Shown piece by piece: positions 1-13,799 of a stretch of 64,000 nt of DNA. The notes under the pieces are model-generated. The model was not told the origin of the DNA. It did no database searches and worked only from the letters and a program-made list of their open reading frames with translations. The first letter of the stretch is position 1; every line of letters starts with the position of its first letter. A program made the position numbers and the translations under genes. The stretch lies in the NCBI RefSeq assembly GCF_009914755.1, contig NC_060932.1; one strand, written 5' to 3'. Origin of the DNA: the human T2T-CHM13v2.0 reference genome, Homo sapiens.

Positions 1-194
1 TTGACATTTCCTCCTACATACGCTCTCTCTTGCCATCTCTTCTGAGAAGCAGTACCACTTCCTTTTCAGTCATGGTTGTAAGTTTCCTGAGCTCTCCCCA
101 TTCATGAGAAACTATGAATCAACTAAAACTATTGTCTTCATAAATTACCCAGTCTTACGTATTTTTTTTGTAGCAGTGTGACAACAGAGTAATA
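1..194 (+). mobile_element. MaLR LTR 3' part (MST family), cut by window edge
   Basis: Matches the recalled MST/THE1 LTR end: catggttgtaagtttcctgag...taaattacccagtct...tagcagtgtg...aata. Confidence 0.75.
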
Positions 195-594
195 GAAACT
201 TTGTAGAATGATGATGATTCCACTGCAGCATTATTAATTAGAATATCACCAGGTGGTAAAGTCAATAAGTGATTAGGGTCACAATTTCTAAGCAAATTAT
301 TATGGTCATATTATGTAAGAAATAGGATTACTTAAAGGTTCATAAAGAGATGACTGAGGGTGACAGAGTGGTTCTTGAGAAAACCTGAAGTTAATCCTTG
401 TGATGGAATGAAGACCAAATCTCAAAAGAATGATGCTTGTATGAGTGCTGATATCCTAAATTTAGGCAGTAGAAACAGGAAGGGAAAAAAAAAAAAGAAC
501 AGAAGAAAATACATTTAAAATATGTTCCCCATTACCAAAATAAAGTGTATTTATTGTACAAAGAAGAAGGGGAGGAAGAAAAACAAAGAGAAAA

Positions 595-1560
595 ATCCCA
601 TGATCATAGTAATTGAGGTACAGAAATCATTTGACATTAATTATAATGTCATTCATCAATAACAAAACTACAAGAAAAGTGGTAAGAATAGACAGAAAGT
701 TCTTCAACTTGATAAAGAGCATTTACACAAAATGTCATTATAGTGAGAGACTGAATGCTTTCCCCCTAGGATCAGGAACAAGGCACAGATGACAGCTACC
801 CCTGCTGTTATTCAAAATAGTACTGGAAGTTCTAGCCAGCACAATAAAGCCAGAAAAAGAAGTAAGAGGTAAATAGTTCTGAATAGAAGGAATATTACTT
901 CCTCTCATTTATTGAATACATGATTCTCTACACAGGCAATAAAAATCAGCAAAAATAACCCTCGTTAGATTAACAATTTAATTCAGCAATGTCACATAAT
1001 ACAATGAAGGAATAATAGTTTTTTCAACAAATGTTGCTGGAGTTATTGAATATGAATGAGCAAAAAAAAAACCCCTACTTAAACCACATACCATATCCAA
1101 AAAAACTTTAAATGTATCATAGATTTCAATGTAAAATATAAATCTATAAAACTTTTGAAGGAAACACTGGTGAAAAATCTCTACAACTTAGGGCTCGGTG
1201 AAGAGTTTTTAAACATAACCCCAAAAACTCGATCGACAAAATAAATATCCAGAAATGCAATTTCTTCAAAACAACCACAAAAATATTTTGCACCTTGAAA
1301 GACACTGTTACAAGGATAAAGACCAGTTATAGACTGTGAGAAAATATTTGCAAACCACATATCTGACAAATGATGTGTATGGAGAATATATACAGAACTT
1401 AAAACTCAATATTTTTAATAAAGAAAACACTTCAATGAGAAAAACGGGCAAAGGATATTTCAGCAGAAAAAATACACACATGACAAAAAGCACGTGAAAA
1501 CTTGTTCAATATCACTAGCTAATAGAAAATGCAAATTAAGTTCACAATGAGATTTAATAT
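595..1560 (+). mobile_element. Old L1 (L1M) ORF2 remnant, RT region to C-terminus with internal deletions
   Basis: L1 ORF2 motifs gaatgctttccccctaggatcaggaacaagg, gtactggaagttctagccag, gaaaatatttgcaaaccacatatctgacaaa, gaaaatgcaaatta. Confidence 0.8.
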
Positions 1561-2547
1561 ATTAAATCCATATATTAGCTATTGTGAATAGCAATGTAAT
1601 AAATATGGGAGTGCAGCCATCTCTTCGAAATACTGATTTCATGCCCTTTGGATGTATACCCACCTAGTAACAGAACTGTTGGATCATATGATATTTCTAA
1701 CTTAATTTGATTTATAAAATTTTCACAAATTTTCTTAACTTTAGGCAAAAAAAATTTTTCACTGAATATAATGAAAACTTCAACCAATATTTTTGTTTAG
1801 AGATTTTTTTTATTCCAATAGAAGGAACACCATTGATTATTAGGAATTTTGCTGCTTTTTTCCTTTAAGAAACTTCCAAGATGAGGAATTCTAGTTATAT
1901 CCAAAGTTCCAAGTAGCACTGTAATTCTCAATTATTTCTGGTGAAATTGTACCATTTTGTAAGATAGGAAAAGAATTTGGACGGTAATGAAAATACATAA
2001 AAGTCGAGGAACTTCCATGCCACTTTTCATAATGACCGTAATAATTTACATTCCCGCCAACAGTGCATAAGGATTTCCCTTTCTGCACATCCTCACCTCA
2101 TTTGTTATTTTTTTGTCTTTTTGATAATAGCCACTGTAAGTGGGGCAAAGTGATACTCATTGTGGTTTTAATTTGCATTACCCTGATCATTAGTTATGTT
2201 GAGCATTGTCTCATATGTCTTTTGGCCATTTGTATGTCTTCTTTTGAAAATGTCTATTGAGGTCTTTTACCAATTTCTAAATATTTTTTTTTTTTTTTTT
2301 GCTATTGGGTTGTTTGTGTTCCTTATAAATTTTAGAAATCAACCCCTTTTCAGATGCATAATTTGCAAATACTTTCTCCCATTCTGTAGGTTGTCTCTTT
2401 ATTGATTGTTTTCTTGCTGTGCAGAAGCTTTTTAATTTGATATAATTCCATTTATCTACTTTTGATTTTGTTGCCTGTGCTTTGGAGGCCTCTACTCAAA
2501 GAACCTTTGCCCAGTCAAATTTCGTGAACCATTTCTTCCATGTTTTC

Positions 2548-2711
2548 AATTACAGGGGTGTGCCACCACGCCCAGCTCATTTTATGTTTTTAGTAGAGAC
2601 GGGGTTTCACCATGATGGCCAGGCTTGTTTCAAACTCCTGACCTCACACAGTGCACCCGCCTCTGCCTCCCAAAGTGCTGGGATTACAGGCATGAGCCGC
2701 TGCTCCCAGCC
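2548..2711 (-). mobile_element. Partial Alu (left monomer plus start of right arm), no tail or TSD
   Basis: tttttagtagagacggggtttcaccatg...cccaaagtgctgggattacaggcatgagcc. Confidence 0.93.
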
Positions 2712-2729
2712 AAAAAAATACCAGTTTTC

Positions 2730-3020
2730 TAGTGACATTATGGTTGTCATAACATTGTTACCTTCATAGCATCATAGTACAATGCATTAACATATTACTT
2801 ACTATTGTGTTACAGTTGCATACAGTATTCAGTACATCACATGCAGTATAGGCTTGTAACCTGAGAGCACTGGACTAAACCATGTAGCCTAGGTGTGGAG
2901 TAGTCTTTAACCTTAACGTTTAGGGTTATGTGAGTACACGCTATGATGCTCGTTTAATGATGAAATCACCTAAGCATACATTTCTCAGAACATATCCCTA
3001 TTGTTAAGTGACACATGACT
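2730..3020. mobile_element. Tigger3/MER7-type DNA transposon fragment
   Basis: cagtattcagtaca...tagcctaggtgtg...catttctcagaacatatccctattgttaagtgacacatgact, ending in the recalled Tigger3 terminal sequence. Confidence 0.8.
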
Positions 3021-3411
3021 TTATTTTGAGGTGAGATAGTGTGATGCTTTGTTTTGTTTTGTTTTTGCTCAAGATTGCTTTGGCTATTGGGGATCTTTTT
3101 CATTTCCATATGAATTTTAAGATTGGTTTCTCTATTGTTGTGAAGAATGTCATTAGTATTTTGATAGGTGTTACATTGAATATGTAGATGACCCTGGGTA
3201 ATGAGGACATTTCAGCAACAGTAATGTTTCTAATCCATAAACGTGGGCTATTTTTCCATTTACTTGAGTCCTCATTTATTTCTTTTATCAACGTTTTATA
3301 TTTTTTATTAGTTGTGTATCTTGATTTTGGTGTGGTTACACACATCTACATCTGTGATATACATAAAAAACGCTGATTTTGACATTATGCTCTGATTATG
3401 TGAGCTGTAAC

Positions 3412-3798
3412 TGTCAGGCCTCTGACCCCAAGCTAAGCCATCATATCCCCTGTGACCTGCACATATACATCCAGACGGCCTGAAGTAACTGAAGAATCAC
3501 AAAAGAAGTAAAAATGGCCTGTTCCTGCCTTAATTGATGACATTGCCTTGTGAAATTCCTTCTCCTGGCTCAAAAGCTCCCCACTGAGCACCTTGTGACC
3601 CCCGCCCCTGCCTGCCACAGAACAACCCCTTTGACTAATTTTCCTTTACCTACCCAAATCCTATGAAACAGCCCCACCCCTATCTCCCTTCGCTGACTCT
3701 CTTTTCAGACTCAGCCCGCCTGCACCCAGATGAAATAAACAGCCTTGTTGCTCACACAAAGCCTGTTTGGTGGTCTCTTCTCAGGGACACGAGTGAAA
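3412..3798 (+). mobile_element. HERV-H solo LTR (LTR7 family)
   Basis: Begins tgtcaggcctctgaccccaagctaagccatc and ends ggtggtctcttc...gtgaaa. Exact 5-bp TSD GTAAC at 3407-3411 and 3799-3803. AATAAA at 3734. Confidence 0.93.
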
Positions 3799-4872
3799 GT
3801 AACTATTGAAGCAAACTGAATGAGGATACACAAATTTCTTTGTGCTATCTCTGTGACTTCCTATGGTCCTATATATCAAATTTTAAAAGTTATATACTAA
3901 AAAATTGGCAAATCAAAAAATTTGGAAATCAAAATCACACATAGTATCAGAATAAACCTGTATTTAACTTTATAATTTTCTTCAATGCACATGTATGTAT
4001 ATACATGTAGCAGCCTGTTTTAAGAGAAATTCAAAATGTACTGCTTTTTAACCTATTTTATTACTTGAAAATATGATGCAGATACTTTTCCTTCTCATTA
4101 ACTATTTCCTGAATCAAACTTGCGTAATGGCTGAGGTTTTTTTTTATGTGTATTTGCCCATTAATTTAACAATTATATTGTTACACATTTGTATTGATAC
4201 CAATATTGACCTCTTTAAATACAGATGTTATGGAAACACGTATACATGAATTTTATGTAAAAGAGCTGTACAAAATTCCTGAAAGTAGAATTATAAGGTT
4301 GAAGATATAAATAACTTAAAGTTATTAATAAACATTTAAAGAATTCCCTATGAAAATATTATATCAATTTACATGACTTTTAGCAGTATGTGAAATAATG
4401 CTATGTATCAGTTCCAGTGGCTAAGAACTGATACATAGCATTATTGACTTATTTGTTTAATAAGTAATAACGTTGACATTTCTTTTCAAGTACTTACTAA
4501 TCATTTGCAAAAATTATTCAGGTATGCTTCTAACTTTTTTTTCCAATTTGTTCATTGGTTTGTTGCATATTGTCTTTTATGTTTTCTACATGTTAATGTG
4601 TACTATTTGCATTTCATCATATATGATAAATGTTTTTCAATTTAATATTTACCTGTTATTTGACTTGCCATTTGCCTATTGTTTGTTATGCAGATGTCTC
4701 AAATTACCTAATGAAATGTACAAAATTTTCTGGATGACTTCCTTTCCTTTTAGATATGAAATACTTTCTCCATGTTCAGGTTTTTTATAGAGAAAATTTT
4801 CTGTAAGTCTCTCATGATACTGTACATCCTGCCAATAAGTCACTCACTGTTCTTTCTTCTAGACTGTACTAA

Positions 4873-5244
4873 TGTCTTAGTCTATTCAGCCTGCTATAGC
4901 AATATACCACAAACTGGGTAGCTTATAAACAACACAATTGATTTCTCACAATTCTGGAGACTGGGAAGTTTGAGATCAAGATTCCGTACTATTCAATGTC
5001 TGGTGAAGGCCCATTTTCTCTTTCATAGATGGTGTCTTTGCACAGTATCCTTATATGTTAGTGTTGAGGGGGGGCAGGAGAACTCTCTTTAGCCTCTTAC
5101 ACAAGGGCATCAATTTCATTCATGGTGCCTCTGCCATGATAACCTAATCACCCCCCATAGGCCCCACTTTCTAATACCAATACATTGGAAATTAGGATTT
5201 CAACTTTCAACTTTTGGGAAGACACGAACATTCAGAAAATAGCA
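4873..5244 (-). mobile_element. MLT1A-type MaLR solo LTR
   Basis: tgtcttagtctattcagcctgctatagcaa...tttctcacaattctggagactgggaag...acctaatcacc...aacattcagaaaatagca. Confidence 0.85.
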
Positions 5245-5711
5245 GTGAACAAGGATGTTTTTTATAGCTAAGTACCTTTCTTGGAAGACAGAGCTAGTGT
5301 CTCCTTTCATAAAATATAGCATGCTTGCTTACAGCTTTAGAAAAAAGAGATAATGTCTTCTATGAATCAAAGGGCAGGAATGTTTATTGCTCAGAGTAAT
5401 AAAGATAATATCATCCTCTGAAGCCCTGTTTAAGCATAATTACTTTCTGTTATAAAGCTCTGGGTTTCTCTATCATAATAGACCCATTCCTTCTGTCACC
5501 TGGCTCTCTTTTTATTGCCCTACCAGAATTGAGTGTCAGGGAACCAGCACAAAAATAATGAAGCTCTAGCTATTGCAATTGCTGTGACTAATGAACGAAA
5601 CTTAATCACTTACTTAGGAGTCTCATGTCTTCTATAACATCCTGAAATTGGTAGCTTGCTGCATGGCAGCTTTCAAATTGGGAAATCTCAGAGCCTTCAA
5701 AATTCTTAACA
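5245..5711. mobile_element. ERVL-class LTR (MER76-like, subfamily uncertain)
   Basis: agggcaggaatgtttattgc, ctctagctattgcaattgctgtgactaat, aggagtctcatgtcttct, and terminus aaatctcagagccttcaaaattcttaaca resemble the recalled consensus. Confidence 0.55.
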
Positions 5712-5829
5712 ATCATATATGATACTTATAATATTCCTCTATTTCATTTAGGTTTTTAATAATTTTTATTTAACACTTAAGCAGTTTAGGCATTTCTGGG
5801 TTGCATATCAGAGGCAACAAAATAAAAGC

Positions 5830-6040
5830 AAAGTAGAGTTAGACTACCTAGTTTCAAATTCCCTCTTCCTCTTCAGTGGTCAATGAGCTGGAGTGTGTTA
5901 CCTAGTCTTTATTGGCTTCAGTGTAATCTTCACAAAATAGCAAGAAAGATACTTCTTCATATAAGTTTCATGAGGATTGAATGAGCCTAAAGTACTTGGA
6001 ACAATGCCTAGCACATATTAAACACTATATAAATTTCATT
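5830..6040 (+). mobile_element. MIR SINE
   Basis: gagttagactacctagtttcaaattcc...tgaggattgaatgag...aaagtacttggaacaatgcctagcacata. Confidence 0.75.
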
Positions 6041-6264
6041 AAGTTTAGGAATGTAATTTCATTTTACTTAAAGTGTTAGCCTATTTGTCAATAATTTTAC
6101 TGTGCATCAGGAAAGACCATGCTTCTTTTTTAAAATTAAAAAAGATGACTAACCTATATAATGCACATACTGAATCTATTCCTACACCTTAGAACCTTTG
6201 TAGACTGTCTTTTATTCATTTTAAACTCTTAAGCTTAATATTTTAAATTAATGTTATAAATCAT

Positions 6265-6505
6265 TTTAAGAGCTTCATAGAAGAAAATAGATAACAACTT
6301 TGTGACCTTGGTTTTGGCAGAGTTTTTAAGTAGGACATAACATCAGTAAACATTGTGGGAAATTTTGATTAATTGGACTATGTTTAAATTAAGACTTTAT
6401 GTTCATCAAAATTCACCTTGAGAAGAGGTATAGGTAAGTCAATGACAAGGAGCAGATAGGCAAAATCCATTTATTGGATAAATAACTTTCATTTAAAAAT
6501 ATGCA
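6265..6505 (+). mobile_element. Old L1 (L1ME-like) 3' ORF2 fragment
   Basis: tagaagaaaatag...ctttgtgaccttgg...aattggactatgtttaaattaagactt...tcatcaaaa. Confidence 0.65.
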
Positions 6506-6569
6506 CACATAAATATATATGTGCATACATTCATACATATATGCACATATACACATAATTCACAGGTTA

Positions 6570-7212
6570 GAGTTGACCACAATTACCCATGGATTCCATA
6601 CTTGCAAATTTGCATACTTCCCAAAATGTGTTTCTAACCCCTAAATCAATAATCAATGCATTTTGTAGTCTTTTGTGGGTATATTTAATTTTTGTGGGGT
6701 GAAAAATTAAAAAAAAAATTGAATAACCTCAGCTGAGGTCAAACAGGGTGACTTTCTGCCTGCTTGCTTCAGCTTTTATATGTAAACAAGTGTCTTTTTT
6801 ATGATCTATTTAGTTCTAAGTTTCTCTCATTTTTGTGCTTTTTGTTGGGATTTGGTCTTTAAAACGTTCCCCAAGTGCTGTTTATTGTTTTTAAGCGCAA
6901 GAAGGCTGTTACTTGCCTTATGGAGAAAATGCACAAGTTAAATAAGCTTCATTCAGTCATGAATTACAGTGCTATTGGCCATGAGTTCAATGTAAATGAA
7001 TCAACAATATACACATATTAAGTAGGGAGTTTTTAAATAGAAACACATATAAAATAGGTTTTGTATTGATCGGTTGACAAAAATGTTATGACGAGAGGCT
7101 TACAGGAACTTATACTTGTATTTCCCCCAGGAGCATCTGTACAGTATTCACTAAGTCAGTGTTTGTGATGACTTTATAAAACATAATTACCATGAATAAT
7201 GATATTTGGCTG
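6570..7212. mobile_element. MER82 (TcMar-Tigger) non-autonomous DNA transposon
   Basis: atggattccatacttgcaaatt..., cagctgaggtcaaacagggtgac, aagcgcaagaaggctgt, attggccatgagttcaatg, gactttataaaacataattacc. Confidence 0.8.
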
Positions 7213-10200
7213 TGTGTGTGTATTTGTATTCTATAAGTCAATTATAAAAACTTAGCCAATTTTTAATTGGGAAAATTACTTCCGAAGTGAGAAAATACAA
7301 TAGCTCATTAATGTTTTTAGGAAGCTAAATTTAAGAATGACTTCTGACTTCATCCTACCTTTCAGTCAAGCCAGTGCCTTCTGTCAGTTGACCCTAATGG
7401 AAAGACAGTTGATAAGGGAGTTTTCAGGCTTCCTTCCCTGACAACAAGAGGGATAGCTATAAGAACCTGAGGAATATGTGTACTATCCTGCACACATATT
7501 AAATGGAAAACACTGGCCTGGGGGTGAGCTTCTCCTCAATAAATGACAGTTGCCAGTCTGTAATTCCCAAGCTTCTTTTATTATCTCAAAAATATATAAG
7601 TGATCTCAAATACTAAGAGTGACTGAAATTTCTGCAATTTTTGTGTCAGGACTAAGATTAATTGTTTTAGCAAAAAATCAAGGTTTTTGCCTCTGAAGAC
7701 TGTTTTGCCATATTCAAGAGGTGGTTGGAGAACTATTGCTCTCATTTTGCTGCAGAATAAATTATATAGTGTGGAAATTGTCCATTTCTAGATTTGAAAA
7801 TATTTGTATTCATCCATTCACATTTGCTTGGGGTAATTTAAAAATCTATTACTTTGTAATGATTTCAAATGTATTAGGAAAGTGTTGTAAATTTATAATT
7901 AATTATATGCATTGCCTAAATTTCCTTCCTTTTACCTAGTTAGCATATTTACATCTTCTCTTTTTTATAGTAGCTTAAGGTACTAATTTACTTTTACAGG
8001 CTAAGCATTTAGAGGTATCAGGTATATTTTTATCTGTTCTTATTTTGTCTGTTTTTCACTTTATGCCCTCTTCTGCATTAATTTTATTTTTATATTTCTA
8101 TTTTTTGAATTATTTTAAATATATTTTTATATACTTAATAACCAAAACAGTTAATCCTGTAACTGTTCCTAAGAATAACATTTTGCATTCTTTAAAATTC
8201 TAACTAAGAATATTTTCAGATACTCTAAGTTTAATAATTTTTCTAGTTGATGCAATCAATGTTTAGAACACTATTTTAATTATTTCAAAATTAGTTTTTT
8301 AAATTTTGATTTTTTATTATTTTAAAATTTGTGATAGTTTATTATTTATCTCCAATTTATTGTTATGATGTTTGAAAATGTGGCCAGCTTAATTTCTGCT
8401 TGTTATTTTATTTAAATTGTCCCATAGCCTCAATAATATGTGAATGTATTTGAAAATATATAGAAATGTGGCATTTTTAAGTAGGCGCTTTTTAAAATGC
8501 CAATTCCCTTTTCCGAATCATGTTCAGAAAAAACACTATTATGTTAAAATTTGTTACTACATATTTCACTATCTATAACAAAAAGAATATAGTGAAATAT
8601 TACTATAATTTTAGGCTTTATAAATAGACTCAGTAAATTGATTTTCTTTGATTTTTAAGAAAGTTTTATTTATATATTAAACTGCTTGATTAATTGGTCT
8701 ATATACTTGTGTGGCCTATTTTCTATTTAAATATAATTTTTGCTCTGCTCAAACATTTTTCCTAAAGTGTATTACCCAATATAAATTCTTTCTTTGATTC
8801 TAAAATGCAATTTAAAAAATTTTCTCTCATTTTTATAATGTCAAGTTATAAGGATTTATCTTATGAAAGGTATTTAAATAAACATGGCAGCCAACACACA
8901 GTAAAAATGTGCATTTCTTGGGTAGTTTATCATCCAGTTTTGAAAATACAGTTGTGATAAAAGATTGAATTATTTGAACTGATAGTGTAAGTGATTTACA
9001 TGAGGGACACACAGGTGAGAGACACAGACAAGGTATCCTTTCTCTTTCGGTGCACAGTCCTCTGAGGCTGAGGGGGACGGGCAGAAAATACTAAATATGC
9101 TAATGGAGCAAGAATTATGAGCACAGGACATACAAGCTAGTATGCTACCATTATGCCATGCTTAATTACAGATGGCCCAAAGAATATGATCAACATCAAA
9201 TCTCAAACGATATTGTCTTTCTAAAATAGAAACTAGTATGCATTTAAGTTTTACTAGTAACATAAATATAGTTTAATGTAATCTATTTTATTCTAAGAAG
9301 AAATGTTATTTTTTAATTGTAACATCCCAAAATCAGATGAATCTTATTACTACATCGAGAAACATGTAGTGCTATGATCCCTCCTGTTTGCTTTGTCTGA
9401 TAAATCTTTGTGGGTATACTTATATATTCATTTCATATAAATGTATATTAGCATCGAGGTATCTGAGGTTTGTCTCATAAAAAGAATTTTAGGCTTTTTA
9501 AAAATCCATTGTGAGTATTTTTCTTTTACTGGGTATACAGTATTCAGCTAATTTTGGTGGTCTAAATTTCAGGTCTTTTTTTTAATTTCATACTTCTTTT
9601 CATTTTTCTAACTTCTTTTAATGTTTTGTTTGATTATAGTGTTTTTGCTGAGTCATACCTTTTCTGATCTTTCTTACATGTTATTATATTGTCCTCTTGC
9701 CTGACAAAATGGCTTGAGAGCAGAATCTCCCAATGTTGCCTCTTTAATTTTACCTCCCTTGTCCTTGAGTGATTGATTTTATGGAGACAGTTGAGAACGA
9801 TAGGACTTTTCTTTGTTTGAACAAAATTATTCCCAACAAATATATAGATTTTACCTTTATTCACTATTGTTCTCTGCAAGGAAAATGTACATTTGCTTAG
9901 CCTCATTTTCTGAACCATCTATCTTCTGTGTTTTGAATTGTTTTCCTGTACATGTACATCATACTGTATCCAATCTTTATTTCTTTCTTCTGTATTTTGA
10001 AGTTTTACTGAAACACTCATGTTTAGTATCAAAGCATTTCATATACTACAGGGACATTTTTTCAATATACAGTTTACAGTGAATTTTAAATTTTTTCATC
10101 TTCACACTTTTGACTAATTTCATCTACTCAAAAGAATTAACTCAAGTTGTTGTCTAATTTCTTACTTTTCATCTTACTTCTCAGTGTCCATATTCTCAGA

Positions 10201-10466
10201 AATGTTGAGAGTTTAAAGCAGACACTATTCAAATTTCCCCTTTGTATCCTAAAGGAAATATTTTGTAAAATTTAACCTTTATCATTGAAGGCTGTAATTA
10301 TTCTTCCTTTATATCTTAGATATCTTTTTCCTCATGGAATTCATATTTTGCTTGCTTACTTAGTTGCTGTTATTTGGTCCATCAGTGATTAATATTTTAG
10401 CTGTCTTTGCATTTAAGTAATTTTTTTGTTTATTTCTCCCTTTGGATGCTATAAGAGTCTGCTCTT

Positions 10467-10792
<326 letters not shown>

Positions 10793-11252
10793 TCAGCTAA
10801 TAATGTAGCATTTAGTAACATGTGAAGAGATTGGAAAAGTCTTAAAAGATGGGAGTTGATGGAGAATGAAGTTGCATGTACAAGTCCGATCTGTGTGCCC
10901 CCGGCACTACTGCTCCTCAGTCTTTAAAGAAGCCTTGCCTTGTCTTTGAGTATAAGCTGCCCTGGCTTAGCCAGGTTATCCCGTCCACCTGGGCCCTTCA
11001 GGCAAGTCTGGTTTTAAGCCCTAGACCTGAAGTGCTGTAGGGCTCTTCCGCTGTGGTGTCCCACAGCCTGCCCTTGCCTCCAGCTCTCTCCCACCTATGG
11101 GAGCATTCACGTGGCCCCAGAGTGAAACCTCCTCACTCTCTGGATGACACACTGCTTTCCCAGGGCAATGAATTGTAATTCAGCCAGAAAGGTTATTTTA
11201 TTAACTGCCTTCCATCAGTGTGCATTGAAGTGTCTGACATGGTGATTACTGA

Positions 11253-11615
<363 letters not shown>

Positions 11616-11863
11616 TATTTTCTTTTTTAAAAAAATCACCTTAATTAATGCGGTTAGAATTTTGAGTTACCCCCAAATTTTTCCTTTCTAAAAAAAAATA
11701 CAATGACCATATTCACTTTGCTACCCCAGATCATCAACTATTTTATTGTATTATGACCTCAGGTGACCCCGGAAACTATTGAGGTATCTAAATTCTTTTG
11801 TTAAAACCTTGGTGGATCCAGGTGCTACTGTTGACAGCTTTTTACACTGCCTTCTGTCAGTTC

Positions 11864-11985
11864 TTTGTTTTGGTCTTGAGACAGAATTCCTCTCTGTGGC
11901 TCAGGCTGGAGTGCCGAACTCCTAGGTCCAAGTGATCCCCCTGCCACAGGCTCCTGAGTAGCTAGGACTGTAGATGCACATCATC
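11864..11985 (-). mobile_element. Old Alu monomer fragment (FLAM/FRAM/AluJ-like) with internal deletion
   Basis: ttgagacaga...caggctggagtgc|cgaactcctaggtccaagtgatcc...cctgagtagctaggactg. Confidence 0.75.
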
Positions 11986-12016
11986 TTCTGTCGTTTCTAA
12001 TAAATACTCCACCTTC

Positions 12017-12198
12017 TTTTTAATATTAATTTTTAATTGGTATGTCATAGTTTAACACATGTTTGGAGTACATGAGATGTTTGGATACATGTATACAAGG
12101 CACTATGATAAAATCAGGGACACTGGGATCTCCATCACCTCAAACATCCATGTTTTCTTGGTGTTGAGAATATTGCAATTGTTCTTTTCTAGCTATTC
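12017..12198 (-). mobile_element. L1MA 3' end
   Basis: T-rich start, then gagtacatgagatgtttggatacatgtatac...tccatcacctcaaacat...cttttctagctatt. Confidence 0.8.
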
Positions 12199-13799
12199 GT
12201 GACTTAATAGGTATTAAGGTACAAACAAAAATAAACAGATTAAAAAACAGATGATAAAACTTATTATGAATTTTAAGTAGAATAATTATAAATTTTATTA
12301 GAGGCCTAATAGTATTTTCTACAAATAAGCTTCCCAACTCATTCATTGCTTTTGTGACTTCTGCTTTGAATATTGAAGGAATTTCTACTTCTTTCTTAGT
12401 TCTTGACAATACTGAAGACAGTTGAGCTGTCAGGTAATTTCTGGAGAGCAGAAGTTTTCCACGAATTTACCTATGTTTAAATACAATGGTATCAGATATT
12501 AAAACTATGGAGAGTTGCCCCTTATGTTAGTTGATGAGCAATTTTTAGACATTGTATAAAATGTACATTTATATTAGCACAATAGTCTCTCAAATATCTC
12601 ATCTCCAATAAGTGACAAAAAATAATAATGTGATGATTCAATGCATGAGTGCTTGAAAAGAAGTGCTTCGTGCATTTGGTCTCTCTTATTCAAACCAGCC
12701 CATTTTAACCGATCAAAGAATATCGAGCATCTCAGCTTCAATAGCCCATTGAAGACCTGATATATTTAATATATTTTTTCCTTAAAGAAAGCCTATAATC
12801 TCTCAGAAGGTAAACGCCTAAATTAAAAAACAAAACAAAACAGTCCATCTTTTTTAGAGAAAATGTATGTTTTTCCCCTTTAAAAATATGTGTTTTAAGA
12901 TGCAAACACCTTATGCAGCAGCCACGTGCTTCTTCTGCCTTGCTAATCATATTCATTATATTCTGTGGTTCTACAGATGTTTTCTGGAGTGACACAAAGG
13001 AATAGATAATCATTAAAGAGAACTGAGAAATGGCTTTTTCTTTAAAGTCATCATAACATAAAAAAGGATGCCCTGAAGATCTGTCCCTAAGAAGCACTAA
13101 AATCTGGCTTCATGTATTATAGATTTGTTATGTAATGACCGATTTTTAGTTTAATAAATAAGTAAAATAGAAATGAAAACTTCAAAGCAGGAATCTCATA
13201 CTTCAAACTCTGGCAGTAAATAACTAAAAATGATATTATGAACTACTTACTTACAGCTGGGCAGCTTTTATTTTTCTCCCCAAATTGTAAAAACAAGACA
13301 AGTATAGAAAGGAAAAACAAATGATTTTATATATACTCAGCACTTAAAAACAAACAAGATAATTTACTCATAAATCATTGATCACATCATAAGCATGTCA
13401 GAAATGTTCCTCAGTCTACCTGTATATGTGCCAGGATTCTCTTTTTAACTCTTAGAAGCACCTTTGTGATCTCATCTTGCTTGTTCTACTTGCCCATAGT
13501 GAACCTATCACACCCCAGTGTGTCACACCTGATAGTTATTTGATTTCTTGGCCACTGCTAACCACACTGATATTGGTATATGGGTAATCATGTTTGCCTT
13601 TATTGGTTTTGAGATTTCACTGTTGAGGGCCTCTGCCTTATTAAATGTCTAAATGACACAAAATTTCCCATAGAATCATTGTGCCATATTATTTTTGTAA
13701 GAATAAAATCTAATATATACCATATATATGTGTATATATATATATTCCTTTATATGATAAAACTCATTTCATCATATGATGAAATATGTTTACATGTTA

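Larger units (their letters stand above)
1574..3315 (-). mobile_element. L1MA-type 3' ORF2 fragment, interrupted at about 1700-2005 and 2548-3020
   Basis: Antisense L1 motifs ctattgtgaatag, aatttacattcccgccaacagtg, ctcattgtggttttaatttgcatt, gctgtgcagaagcttttt, ttccatatgaattttaagatt. ORF 3100-3345(-) resembles L1 ORF2 ([15 protein letters not shown]). Confidence 0.8.

Noticed and set aside
7750-10450. Possible very old antisense L1/HAL1 remnants
   Set aside because: T-rich texture is suggestive, but there are no motifs I can confidently align.
12738-13097. 119-aa minus-strand ORF in apparently unique sequence
   Set aside because: GTG start, no recognisable motif, and composition typical of AT-rich noncoding DNA.
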